A stretch of 36,933 nucleotides of DNA from Chiloscyllium plagiosum (GCF_004010195.1 NC_057749.1:18580926-18617858); one strand, 5' to 3'. Shown: positions 10,460 to 22,740, numbered from the stretch's first letter. Notes: generated by a model from the sequence alone, not told the origin. Made by a program: numbers and translations.

Positions 10460-11145
10460 TTCTGCCCAACTGCTTCGCTGGGTGGGGAATTCCACAGATT
10501 CACAACCTTTTGGGTGAACAAGTTCCTCCTCAACTTAGCCCAAAATCTGCTGTCCCTTATTTTGAGGCTATGCCCACTAGTTCTAACTTCATCTGCCAGT
10601 GGAAACAACCTCCATGGTTCTATCTTATCTATTCCCTTCATAATTTCATCTGTTTCTACAAGATTTTCCCCTCATTCTTCTAAAATTCCAGTGAGTATAG
10701 TCCCAGTCTACTCAATCACTCTTCAGAAGTCCAATCTCCCAACTCTAGATCAACCTAGTGAACCTCTTCTACATCCCCTCTAGTGTCAGAACATCCTTTC
10801 TCAAGTAAGGAGACCAAAACTGGACATAGTATAGTTGCAACATACTTTTTAAACTCCATCCCTCTAGTGATGAAAGACAATATTCCATTTGTCTTCTTAA
10901 TTACCTGCTGCACCTGCAAACCAACTTTTTGTGATTTGTGCACAGCAGTATGCTGCAATTTTTCATCATTTAAATAATAGTCCATTTTGTTGATATTTGT
11001 AACAAAATGGATGACCTCACATTTAGCAAGATTGTATTCCATCTGCCAGAGTCTTAACCTATCTATACCTCTCTGCAGACTTTGTGTCCTCTGCACACAA
11101 CTCCAAATCATTGATGTTAATTGTAAACAATTGAGGTCCCAACAC
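10460..11145 (-). mobile_element. CR1 LINE RT C-terminal fragment
   Basis: LQRGIDRL..WQMEYNLAKCEVIHF, QVQQVIKKTNGILSFITRGMEFK, RRNLFTQKVVNLWNSPP. Confidence 0.9.
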
Positions 11146-11600
11146 TAGGGAGGAAATTCCAGGATTTGGACTTAGCAATGGTGAAGGAATAGCGATATAG
11201 TCAGGATGGCGAGTGGCTTGGAAGGGAACTTGCATGTGGTGATATTCTCATTTATCTGCTGTCAGTGTCCTTCTAGTTGGTAAGGACTGAGGGTTTGGAA
11301 GATGCTATCTAAGAATCTTTCATGAATTTCTGCACTGCATCTTTTTTGATGGTATACACTATTTTTACTGAGAGCTTGTAGTGGAGCGAGTGCATATTTG
11401 TGAACATGGTAGCAATTAAACCAGCTGGATAATGACAAGCTTCTTGAGTACTGTCATATAGGCAAGTGGGGAATATTCCAACACCCATGTCCTGTGCCTC
11501 GTAAATAATTGACTGGCTTTGGGGAGTCAGGAGTTGAGTTACTTGCTGCAGTCTGACCTGCTCTTGCATCCACTGTATTTATTGACACAGTATTTATATG
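11146..11600 (-). mobile_element. 3' fragment of a second CR1/L2-type LINE family
   Basis: GGGAGGAAATTCCAGGATTTGGAC..GTGAAGGA is shared with 30750-30790, and with 29930-30200 and 31930-32205 on the opposite strand. Confidence 0.6.
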
Positions 11601-11924
11601 GTTTGTGGTACATTACACATGAAACCATGGGTTGTGTTTGCATTCTGCATTTAAGTAGCAAAGATACAGAACATGCATTCCTATTGAATCAGATTATTAC
11701 ATTAAAACACATTCACTCATTAATCACTAACATTTATGCAAAATAGATTTCACGCTCATGTTCCCTCCATACCCAGTGGTGGAAGGATCAGTAACCAGTT
11801 CATGCTTTAAATTGGAATGATAGGTGTTGCCAATGTTGAGTTTAAAACACTCATATCTGTCTCCCGCATTGACCAAACAGCTCATCAGAAATTAGATCTT
11901 AGCCCTAGCTATACAAATAGTAAA

Positions 11925-12425
11925 CTTACTTCAGCGTTTCATCATGGGATAAGTCTCTCATTCCAGGAATTGATTTTCTGAACTTTGCTGCACTGCCTCC
12001 AAGACAAATATATCCTTCCTTAGATAGGGAGACCACAATGGAGCATAGAACTATGGGTCTGCTCTCATCAAAGTCCAATTGTACTAAGACTGCCTTACTC
12101 CCATACTCTAGTCTTCTTGCAATACAACCCAACATGCGATTTGCCTTCTTAATTGCTTGCTTTACTGACATGCTAACTTTGTGTTCCTTCAACAAGTACA
12201 CAAAGTCTTTCCAACATCAACATTTACAAATCTCACATCTGTTAAAAAATACTCTAGCCTTAATGTCACAATGAATAACTTTACATTTCCTTACATAATT
12301 CTCCATCTACTAATTTGGTGCTCATTCACTTAACCTGTCTATATCATGTTGTAGCCTCTGTGTCAGAGCTTACAATCCGCCTAGCTTCTTCACTAACAAA
12401 TTTGGATACGTTACTCTTTAAGTTA
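11925..12425 (-). mobile_element. CR1 LINE RT fragment
   Basis: VKQAIKKANRMLGCIARRLEYGSKAVLVQL..KSIPGMRDLSHDETL. Confidence 0.85.
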
Positions 12426-12502
12426 CTAATAATATTATATTGCAAATATATAATTATATTGCAAAAAAATTATATATTATTAATATATAATATTATATAA
12501 TA
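12425..12502. repeat. AT-rich low-complexity tract
   Basis: Imperfect repeats of AATATTATATTGCAAA / TATATAAT. Confidence 0.8.
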
Positions 12503-12606
12503 CTTGCAGCATAGGAGAAAGTGAGGATTGCAGATGCTGAAGATCAGAGTTGAAAAGTGTGGGGCTGGAAAAACACAGCAGGTCAGGCAGCATCCGAGAA
12601 GCGGGA

Positions 12607-12642
12607 GAATCAACGTTTCAGTGTAAGCCCTTCATCAGGAAT
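12607..12642 (-). ncRNA. Hammerhead ribozyme motif in the antisense pLTR (stem II decayed)
   Basis: Reverse complement ATTC-CTGATGA-A-GGGC-TTAC-ACT-GAAACGTT-GATTC. Confidence 0.55.
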
Positions 12643-12731
12643 GGGGAGGGATGGGGCAAGGTAACCGGGAACATTTCAGGAAACATGTCTGGGACACATG
12701 CATCAAACAATCTCACCGCTCTGTGGCCGAT

Positions 12732-14320
12732 CATTTTATTCTTACATAAGGAGCAAGCGGGTAACTAGAGAAAGGATTGGTCCACTAAAGGATAACAAAG
12801 GAAGGCTGTGTGTCAAATCTGAGAGAATGGGTGTGATTCTGAATGATTACTTTGCATCAGTGTTCATGGAGGAGAGGAACATGATGAATGTTGAGATTAG
12901 AGATAGAAGTTTGATTAGTCTGGATCATGTTGACGTAAGTAGGGAAGATGTGTCAGGTAGGCTAGAGGTTATTAAGGTGGACAAATCCCCAGGACCAGAT
13001 GGGATCTATCCCAGATTGCTGAGGAAGGCGAGAGAGAAAATAGCTTGGGCCCTGACAGATATATTTGTGGCATCCTTAAACACAGGTGAGGTGACGGAGG
13101 ATTGGAGGGTTGCTCATGTTGTCCCCCTGTACAAGAAGGGTAGTAGAGACATTCCAGGTAACTACAGACCAGTGAGCCTGACGTCGATGGTGGGAAAGTT
13201 GCTGTAGAAGATACTGAGGAATAAAATCTATTTATATATGGAAAAGAATGGACTTATCAGTGATAGGCAACATGGTTTTGTGCAGGGGAGATCGTGCCTT
13301 ACCAACTTAATAGAGTTCTTCGAGGAAATGACCAAATTGATAGATGAAAGAAGGGCTGTTGATGTCATATACATGGACTTTAGTGAGGCATTTGATAAGG
13401 TTAACCATGGTAGACTAATGGAGAAAGTGAAGTCACATGGTGTGCAGGGTGTTCTCGCTAGGTGGATAAAGAACTGGTTGAGCAACAGGAGACAGAGAGT
13501 AGGAGTTGAAGGGAGTTCCTTGAAATGGAGAAAGGTGACCAGTGGTGTTCCACAGGGATCAGTGTTGGGGCCACTGTTGCTTNNNNNNNNNNNNNNNNNN
13601 NNNNNNNNNNNNNNNNNNNNNNNNNNNNNNNNNNNNNNNNNNNNNNNNNNNNNNNNNNNNNNNNNNNNNNNNNNNNNNNNNNNNNNNNNNNNNNNNNNNN
13701 NNNNNNNNNNNNNNNNNNNNNNNNNNNNNNNNNNNNNNNNNNNNNNNNNNNNNNNNNNNNNNNNNNNNNNNNNNNNNNNNNNNNNNNNNNNNNNNNNNNN
13801 NNNNNNNNNNNNNNNNNNNNNNNNNNNNNNNNNNNNNNNNNNNNNNNNNNNNNNNNNNNNNNNNNNNNNNNNNNNNNNNNNNNNNNNNNNNNNNNNNNNN
13901 NNNNNNNNNNNNNNNNNNNNNNNNNNNNNNNNNNNNNNNNNNNNNNNNNNNNNNNNNNNNNNNNNNNNNNNNNNNNNNNNNNNNNNNNNNNNNNNNNNNN
14001 NNNNNNNNNNNNNNNNNNNNNNNNNNNNNNNNNNNNNNNNNCTTTCAAGGTGAGAGGTGGAAAGTTTAAGGGGGATACACATGGTAAGTACTTCACACAG
14101 AGGGTGATGGGCGTTTGGAACGTGTTGCCAGCAGAGGTGGTAGAGACAGGCATGGTAGATTCATTTAAGATGCATCTGGATAAATGCATGAGTAGGTGGG
14201 GAGTACAGCAATACAGATGCTTATGAATTGACCGAAGGTTTAGACAGTACATTTGGATCGGCTCAGGTTTGGAGAGCCGAAGGGCCTGTTCCTGGGCTGT
14301 AAATTTTCTTTGTTCTTTGT
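12732..14320 (+). mobile_element. 5'-truncated CR1 LINE (ORF2 reverse transcriptase pseudogene), spans an assembly gap
   Basis: KSPGPDGIYPRLL, GNYRPVSLTS, QHGFVQGRSCLTNL, YMDFSEAFDKV, SGVPQGSVLGPLL in one frame with a single TAG at 13205-13207. 3' UTR ends TGTTCTTTG at ~14319. Confidence 0.95.
13583..14041. other. Assembly gap (459 N)
   Basis: Run of N. Confidence 1.
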
Positions 14321-15742
14321 AACTCCCCCTCCCACTCTGCCAAGGACATGCAAGTCCTGGGCCTCCTCCACCGCCAAATCCAAGCCACCCAACATCCGGA
14401 GGAAGAATGCCTCATCTTCCTTGGGAGCCTCCAACCACACAGCATCAACGTCAATTTCACCAGTTTCCTCATCTTCCCTCCCTCCACCTTATCCCAGACA
14501 CAATCCTCCAACCCAGCAACGCCCTCTTGAATTGTCCTACCTGTCAATCTTCCTTCCCACCTATCCGCTCCGACCCATCACCCACCTTCATCTACCTATC
14601 GCCTTCACACTACCTCCCCCCAAGCCCCACACACACCCTCCGTTTATCTCTCAGTCCCCTTACCCCCATCGCCACATTCCTGAAGAACTTATGCCCAAAA
14701 CATAGATTCTCCAGCTCTTCTGATGCTGCCTGACCTGCTGCGCTTTTCCAGCAACACACTTTGACTTTACACTTACAGACCCACAACATGAAAATGCACC
14801 AATTATCTCAACTCTGCTTCCTGTCCATCAATCAATCCATCATCCACACTAATATGTTATCCCCAACTCTTAACAGTCCTCATCTTGTGTATTAACTTTT
14901 TGGATAGCATCTACCCTTTTAAGGAATTCCACAGAATACACTAATAATGAAATGATTAAAATTTAGTGATGCTCAAGAAGTACTATTTGGAGATGTGAAG
15001 GGCTAGGGAAGATTACACAGAAAGGAGGCCACAAGACCGTGAAGGGGCTTATAAAAAAAAATGGAAATTTTAAAATGAGGTGGTTGGAAAGAAAGATATC
15101 GATTTCCAAAACTAAAAAATGGAACAGGAATGAAAAAAAAACATCTGCTCCACTCTTATAGTAAGCGCTTAAACAAAATAATCAAAAATACAAAAGAAAA
15201 GCTGCATCAGAAGTGCATTAACATTTGTAAAGCAGTCCTTTTAGAATCTTAGACACATTTAGATTTTAAAAACTATATCATGAACGAAATGTCAGCACCG
15301 ACTTTGTTCCCTAACCAGTCACTTACATATCTTGTGACGTCCTTTAATTGGAAATTTCACAAGCAGTTCCCGAGGATTGGTGCAAATGAACACAAATGGA
15401 GAGCCACATTCTTGATCTGTAAACTGAAAACAAAAATTAAACATTCAGTACTCTTTATCCATGGACAGGTGGGAACTCTCTTTCCTCCAGTTCTTCGTAC
15501 ATAAACAGCTCCAGTCACACAGGTACACCTCAGAGAAACTCATGAGCTAATGTTACACCCTCTACCTCCTCCACCAACTCAAATTAAATACTACAATTTC
15601 ATTCTTCAGTTCAGTGTTGGCTGCAATCTACCATTCCCTGCCCCAGATTCTAGTCAAAGAGGCACACCCAAAGGATTCCAGGAGATTTATGTAGCCAAAG
15701 AGAAGCATCAATGGTACAGGTTTTACTCCTGTTTACTTTCAG

Positions 15743-15868
15743 GAGAGTTTCTTGAATCCAGTAAAAGGGAAGCACCTGGAAGCAACCACTTGCCTACTTC
15801 TCAGGAAAACCTGAATACACTGGAAGCTCCGAGCAGCAGTGGCGGTTTAAGAACTGCAATTCCATATA
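15743..15868 (+). other. Candidate 126-bp internal coding exon (phase 1-1), host gene unidentified
   Basis: Acceptor TTTTACTCCTGTTTACTTTCAG, donor ATA|GTAAGT, length divisible by 3, only one open frame (EFLESSKREAPGSNHLPTSQENLNTLEAPSSSGGLRTAIPY). No recognised homology. Confidence 0.25.
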
Positions 15869-16104
15869 GTAAGTTTTAAAGGGGAAGAGATATTTTTGTA
15901 AGCTTAAAGTGCAAGTTGCCTTCCAAAAGAGTATGTTTAAGATGGTGCTTTTAGGCAACAGTCACATGAAAAATCTCAAAATGTGAAATCCTGTTGTATC
16001 GTCTTTTTTAAATGCTAACTGGAAGTTTGAATTTATTTTTGAGACATTATCGATTGCTATGGGAATTACAAGAATTACCAACATATCAGACGAGGTGTAA
16101 TTGA

Positions 16105-17105
16105 TGGGAAGGCAATGGCCTCATATGGAGGCAATGGTCATTAATATGGAGACTATTAATCCAGAAAACCAGCTAATTTTCTGGAGACCTGGGTTCAAAC
16201 CCCATTTTAACTAAATAATAAAATGCCTGGAATCAAGAGTCTACTAATGACCATGAAACCATTGCCAAATGTTGGAAAAACCCACCTGGTTCATTAATGT
16301 CCTTAATGGAACAAAATCTTCCATCCTCACCTCTTCTGGCTTATATGTGACTCCAGACCATAGCAACACAACTGACTCTCCTTGCAAGACACTCAGTTGT
16401 TTCAATCACGAAGTTTCAGCAAGAAATGAAATCGGACGGACTACCTGGTATGGACCTAGGCACGAGAAAACTGAATGGCAGACACAGCCCCTGTTGACCT
16501 AGCAAAATATTCCTTACTAACATCTGGGAACCACTGCCAAAATTGGGAGAGCTGCGTCACAGACAAGTCAAGCAGCAGCCTTACATAGTCATACCTTACA
16601 GACAATGTCCCAGACATTACCATCACCATCCCTGGATACATCCAATATCCAACAGCAGAGGTGGCGGCATAGTGATATACAGGAAGGAGTTGCTCTGAGA
16701 GCCCTTAACATTGACTCTGGGCCCCATGAAGTCTCATGACTTCAGGTTAAACATGGGAAAGGAAATTTCCTGCTCATTACCATGTACCGTCCTCCATTGG
16801 CAGAGGAATCGGTACTCCTCCATATTGAGCAACTTTTGAAGGAAGCACAGAGGGTGGCAAGAGAACAGGATGTACTCTGGGTGGAGAATTTCACTGCCCA
16901 CCACTAACAGTGGCTGGGCAGCAGAAGTACTGATCAAACTGATTGGGTTCGAAAGGAGAGAGCTGTTAGACTGAATCTGAAGCAACTGGTGAGATAACCA
17001 ACAAGAGGGAAAAACATACTTGGCCTCAATCTGCCAACTGCAGATGCATTCATCCATGACAACACATGTTAGAGTGACCAACACACAGTCCTTGTGGAGA
17101 CAAAG
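16105..17105 (+). mobile_element. 5' portion of a LINE: tRNA-like head followed by degraded APE endonuclease
   Basis: B box GGGTTCAAACCC at 16191-16202. Frame-shifted APE motifs NIWEPLPKLGEL..KQQPYIVI, TITIPGY, RGGGIVIY, YRPP, PTRGKNIL, SDQHTVLVE. Confidence 0.75.
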
Positions 17106-17284
17106 ACTTTAAAAAGACTACGACCAGAAGACACAGCCCTCTATTGTTTTCAATAGAGCTGCTTTCTTTGCTGCTGAAAATGTTGCCTTTTTGATTCTTT
17201 CATGCATGCTGGATATTTCCTGTGTTCAAGATCATAAGATATCGGAGCAGAATTAGATAATTTGGCCCACTGATTCTGCTCCAT

Positions 17285-18075
17285 CTCTTCCAGACACATA
17301 TTCCCCTCCCTCCCTTGCCAGCCTTCTGCAGGAACTGTTCCTTTCAGGACACACTGGTCCACTCTTCTGTCACTCCCAACAGACCACCCACCCCACCCCC
17401 GACCCCAAAGCCCCACACCACTTTCTCCTGCAACACCTGTCTGCTTACTTCCTCCCTCCTCAGTATCCAAGGGCCCAACACATCTTCCAGGTGAAGCAGC
17501 ACTATACTTGCACTTTACTCAATCTAGTCTACTGCATTTACTGCTCACAACATGGTCTCCTGTACATTGGGGTAACAAAGCGTAGACTGGGTGACCACTT
17601 TGCAGAACACCTATGTCCCGCCCGCAAAAGAGACTGTGACCTTCCAGTTGCCTGCCACGTCAACACAGCTGCTTGTTCCCTGGCCAACCTCTGTGTCTCA
17701 GGATTGTTGCAATGCTCCAGTGATGCTCAGTGCAAGCTGGAAGAGCAGCACCTCATCTTCCACTTGGGAACTCTACAGCCTCCTGGACATGACATCGATC
17801 ACTTTAGTTTGAACTCTCCCATGACTTTACCCCAATCTCCCCACACTGTGCCTTGTTATCACAGTCTGCTATGACACACAGCCCACTAACAGTTCCCATT
17901 AACAGCTATTCATCCTCCTAGCCTGATCGTAATCCACTACTTTGACTGTCCAACTGTCCTTTGCTCTGAGGAAGGGTCACTGGACCCAAAACATTAATTC
18001 TGATTTCTCTCCACAGATGCTGCCAGACCTGTTGAGCTTTCCAGCAATTTACAGCATCCACAGTCCTTTCCATTT
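17285..18075 (+). mobile_element. Degraded Penelope-like element (GIY-YIG endonuclease plus pLTR)
   Basis: NLVYCIYCSQHGLLYIGVTKRRLGDHFAEHL..KLEEQHLIFHLGTLQPPG. HHR remnant CTGAGGA-A-GGGTC-actg-GACCC-AAAAC at 17966-17992. Confidence 0.85.
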
Positions 18076-18289
18076 CTATTAGGAGAGTGCTCCAGTTTAC
18101 ATGTGATGCAAAAAATTGTTATCCTAAAAAAAACAAAGGCAACCATTGCCATTGCAACACCGACTGAGACAACTCCCTGTCAAGCATTCCATGCAAATTA
18201 TTTGCCTATGTTACCCTCATCAGACTATAGATTCTTACTGAATTCATCAATCCCAGTACAGTTTCAGAACTGGCAGATCTGCAATTGAC

Positions 18290-18755
18290 ATGATCTTTCC
18301 AGTCTATGGGCTGCAAGAGAAATACAATGATCAAAAGGAGACCACGAGGAAACCACTAGATGTTATCTTTGTCAATTTCACCAGTACAATTGACCAATTG
18401 ACCTACATGCAGTCTATTTAAGTTGCTGGGGGAAACGAGGCATCTGCCAAAGCTGCTCAAATGTGATATCCTCTTTCCATGACAACATGATGAGTAAGGT
18501 CAGCTGTGAAACAGCAGCACTGATGTCCAGGAGCTTCACGGAGGTCAGACAGGGTTGTATTGGCAATTCTTTTTCCTGCTGTTATATGCCTTCAGGTCAT
18601 CTGTGGAGTGTCTCCTTTACAATCCAGAACTGGCAAATCTTATTTATCCCCACATGCCCGAGATCCAATATAAAGGTGTGCCTAGTCTTCATTAAGGAGT
18701 GGCACTATGGTAATGATACCACACTAATATTCCATAGTAAGGAACACTTACAGAA
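18290..18755 (+). mobile_element. Highly degraded RTE-clade (BovB-like) RT fragment
   Basis: LQEKYNDQK, PLDVIFVNFT, ISSFHDNM, EVRQGC and HYGNDTTLIFHSKEHLQ occur in the order of RTE motifs LQEKCREQ, FIDLTKAFD, GVKQGC, LYADD. Confidence 0.65.
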
Positions 18756-18774
18756 TCAAAAGGCAAATAATTTA

Positions 18775-20710
18775 TAGGACATTGGACTTAAGAGCAGGAC
18801 CAGGCCTTGCAGATCTTCTGTCATTCAATAAGATCGTGGAAAATCTGTTGTGGTCTCCTCTTACCTGTTGGCAACTCCCAAACCTCCACTCCTTTATCAG
18901 AAAACTATCTTAGCTCCACCTCAAATAAATTCATTCACCCACCCTCCACCGCTTTCCAGGGGAGAAAATTTCACAGTGAACATTTTCTCACCTTTATCTT
19001 AAAACCAAGACATTATATTCTTAAACGTTCTCCCCTAGTTCTCACCCTTTACATAGTGGGAAACATCAAATCTCCTCAGGATCTTACACATTTCAATAAG
19101 ATCATCTCTCATTTCTTTTCAACGTCAGCAGGCATACACTTACTCTTTTCAATCTTTCTTCGTAAGATAGGCCCATCATCCCAGGGGTGAGTCAAGTGAA
19201 TCTTCTCTAACTGCTTATACAGTCTGTTCTGCTATAACGGGATAGTTGCATTCTCGTGCAACCTAGTGTTATAGAAAATCAGGCAATAGAAATAACGGGG
19301 CCTTTGGGAAAAACAAGGTTGGGGCAAACCACCAAAAATATCAGTAAAAATCAAAACAAAAATACTAGTTCGCCTAATTCAAATGACAGCACAGTCTAAG
19401 TAAATGTTAAAAGCATATATATTAATGAAATAATAACACTTTAAAGGGTTTCTGAGTTTGCTGAGTTACACTACTGTATGAAGGCAGGGGCTGAGGGTCA
19501 TCATCAGCATCATCACTACTTTCAGTGCAGTTCTGGATGCAGGATTATTTAGTCCAGAAGTGGATGGCTGCTGTTCATTATCCTCAGACTGTTTCTTGGG
19601 AGTTGGCTTAAAAAAATGTATCTAGTTTTTGCTGCTTTACCATTTTTCTCCTTTCATGAAGAAGCTGTTCAGGTGGTGCCATATAAGACTTTATGCCACA
19701 AACTGCTATCCTGCTGCATTCTGCATTATAGCCATCGTCTTCTAAGAACTGCAACTGCTCCTCAACTTCTCTCAGGACAGAAGCTAAAATAGAAGTGGAA
19801 AGTTCACGTAGTGCTGCATTCTGGACTTCACTGTCTTCACCTTGAGCTCCAATTTCTCTCGTACCAACAAGGTACTGTAGGTCAATCTCCACTTCTTCAA
19901 ATCCAACTTGATTTGCAAGAGCAACACAATGTTCTTTGATTGCTGGAAGCTCCTCTAACGGTTCAAAACCTTTAAAATCATGAAGGAAATCTGGGAGAAG
20001 CTTCCACCAAAATGCATGCAAGCAGTAACCTTACTGATGTCACCCCAGGCCTCCACAATGATGTCAATGTTAATGTTAACTTCCTTAATGTTAAAGCTCT
20101 TCCAAAATTGAAGAACATTGTCCTCATTATCCCCCTGAGTAGCTATAATCAGCTTCCTGAATGTGTGTCTTAAATAATCAGCCTTAAAAGATGCTATTGC
20201 ACACTGGGTCCATGGGCTGAATAACAGCAGTTGTATTCAGAGGTAGAAGCAGCACTCGAAAATGTTTTCAGAAAGCTCACCAATGGTGGGAGGGTGGCTT
20301 GATGCATTGTCCAGAATGAGGAGAATCTTGAAGTCCAAATTTTTTCTCCTGCAATAATTTCTAAGAACATTTTCAAAGACATCAACAATAAGGTCAGAAA
20401 AAAATTTGCCCCATCATCCAATCTCTGTTGTTTGATCTGAAGTAAACACCTGGAGTGGACTTAAAGTAACCGGGGATGGAATCGCATAATAGCCAATGGG
20501 AGCTCACGTTTTTAAAAAAAGGTCCCCAATTCACCAACTGCATTACAGCCTAATCGCATTGACGAAACATATGTTACAGGAGAACAACCTGTATATATTT
20601 TTCTCGAATAAGGAAATTAAAACTGTACACAGTGCTCAAGATGTGTTTGCATACAGTTGCAATAAAATATCGTACTTCAGTATTTCATTCCCCTTGCATA
20701 CACGCCAACT
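18775..20710 (-). mobile_element. Degraded CR1 3' fragment split by the Tigger element
   Basis: GTGAATCTTCTCTAACTGC (to 19217) continues as ..AATAAGGAAATTAAAACTGTACACAGT after 20593, as in intact antisense CR1 copies (cf. 10758-10830). Confidence 0.7.
19220..20591 (-). mobile_element. Internally deleted Tigger/pogo DNA transposon with DDE transposase remnant
   Basis: TIRs CAGTCTGTTCTGCTATAAC and its inverse at 20573-20591 (15/19 match), TA on both flanks. Antisense NLDFKILLILDNASSHP, NTTAVIQPMD and C-terminal KQQKLDTFF. Confidence 0.9.
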
Positions 20711-21719
20711 TTCCATTCTCCTTCAGCTAGACATCGAGTCCCATTATGGTCGAATTTTCAGAACATGCCAGCCGTCTAGCCAGATGAGCTGGATACATTT
20801 ATCTCTACGAAAATCATGAAACAAAGTACAAGTTTAAAAATAAATGAAAGGCTTTTCTTGAAGCCATCAGCTTTGTAAACCCACCAATAATGGTTTGGTT
20901 TGACCAGGAGCATCAGGAAGACAAATGCCAGCAACCAGGATGCTGTCAATGTGAAGAGACGACAGTTTGGCAACGTGACACTGAAGGGTGTCAACGGAAT
21001 TATGAGATGAATTGTAATAACAAATTTCCTTCACCGAGTTGATAGATTGGAAACAGCCAAGGTATATAATCAGAGCTTGCAAGATGATAAAAGAAACAGA
21101 GATTAAGATGAAGCAGAAAAGGGTGTGTATGACAGATGTCAGGTGGATAAAACAAGAAACAACCAAGCTGAACACAGAAGTTTCAAACGGGAAGTGAAAA
21201 AAACAGAAGCAAATCAAGAAGAGACTGGCAGTTAACAAACATGGGGGTCAAACAATCTTTTAAAGTATATATGTCGTGAAAGGGTTGTAAAAAGATAATT
21301 TAAACTGACAAGAGACTTTAAGTAAAGATGTGACAGCACAGCGAAGGGATGAAATGAACATTTTACATCTCTCTTTACCAAGGAGGAAGCTGCCCAAGAC
21401 ACAGTAAAATACGGGGTTATTAAAATATTGGCGGGTATAACAATGAATAAAAATGGATAGTAGCTAGCTGTATGTAAAGTTGATAAGTCACCAAAATCAG
21501 ATGAGATGCATCAAGTATATTGAGTGAAGTGCAAGTGGCAATTGCCAAGCTGTGTGGCATAGAGTCATAGAGATGGGGGTGGTGCCGGAGGAACTGGTGA
21601 ACTGTAGATGTCAAACCCTTTTTTAAAATAAGGGTTTAAGGTTCAATTCAACAATGAGAAAATTTCAGTTAAGTCCAAAAAAAAATTTACAGTCACTTGG
21701 ACAAATGTAGATAAACATG

Positions 21720-21830
21720 GATTCCGACCTGAAACATCGACTCCCCTTCTCCTCTGATGCTGGTTAACCTGCTGTGCTTATTCCAGCTCCATTCTTTATC
21801 CTCCAACCTCCCCCTCCCCACCCCAACCCA
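21720..21830 (+). mobile_element. PLE pLTR fragment
   Basis: GAAACATCGACTC..CTCCTCTGATGCTGG..ACCTGCTGTGCTTATTCCAGC resembles the 2345-2400 tail. Confidence 0.6.
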
Positions 21831-22062
21831 CAAAATAAATCTGTTAAGGGCACACACTGTCTCATTAACTAGGTGGAGTTTTTTTGAGGTGGTAACAGAG
21901 AGGTTGATGTGTTGCACGTGGACTTCCAGAAGAGATTTGATGAAGTGCAGTACAACAGACATGTAACAAATCTCAAGCTCATGGAATAATAATGATATAA
22001 TAACAGCAGCTTGGATATGAACTTGGCTGAATGACAGGAAACAGTCAGCAGTGGTTAATGTC

Positions 22063-22740
22063 AAACAAAAACAGAAATCGCTGGAAAAAATAAGCAAGTT
22101 TGACAGCATCAATAGATAGAAAACAGAGTTAACATTGAATCCAGTGACCCTTCAGAACTAGAAGCAGCTAGATACAGGGGATGATGCGGGGAATACAGCT
22201 TTGTGGAAGAACAATATCACATCTTCCACTTCAGTAACTTACAGCCTTGAGGGCTCAATATGGAGTTTAACAATTTCAGAGCATGAACACCTCCTTCCTT
22301 GTCCATTACCTACTCCGACAACTTTAAAGTCCAGTCATGAAATGGATTGCTGTCAGCACAGCCACCTCATTTTCAACTATTAGTAGTCCCCATTATCACT
22401 TATCTAGCTTCTCTTCTTCCCGGACTTACTATCAACAATCCTTTTGTCTGGCTATCTTGATTTTTCCCTGTCTCTTGGTCTTTCTCCCTCTCCCTCTGGG
22501 TTCAGTCACTGCCTACTTGTTCACTCGATTTCCACCCCACCCCCTTTCCCCAACTCCCCACCATCAGGATAAATACCAAATTTTCATAGCTGCTTCCAAT
22601 CTAAAGGAGGATCACTGGACTCAAAGCATTAACGGTGGTTTCTCTCCACAGTTGGTGCCGGACCTCCTGAATTTCTAAAGTAATCTCTAGTTTGTTTGAA
22701 ACAGACCGCCAGGATCCACAGTTATTCGTTTTATTTTAGT
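22063..22740 (+). mobile_element. Old PLE 3' fragment with 5' inverted pLTR
   Basis: Antisense pLTR at ~22063-22160; sense C-terminal/UTR remnant from ~22200; decayed HHR/pLTR at 22600-22740. Confidence 0.6.

Larger units (their letters stand above)
12514..14770 (+). mobile_element. Penelope-like element with 5' inverted pLTR, interrupted by a CR1
   Basis: Antisense pLTR at 12514-~12645. The sense peptide FRKHVWDTCIKQSHRSVA (~12675-12730) continues after the CR1 as NSPSHSAKDMQVLGLLH (14321 on), then UTR and pLTR to ~14770. Confidence 0.8.

Noticed and set aside
13228..14252. Long ORFs of 175-284 aa in the ORF track
   Set aside because: Length is an artefact of translating through 459 N; the flanks are CR1 RT.
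19608..20021. Domesticated TIGD-like gene
   Set aside because: Frameshifts, missing N-terminal half, and retained TIRs and TSDs indicate a dead transposon.
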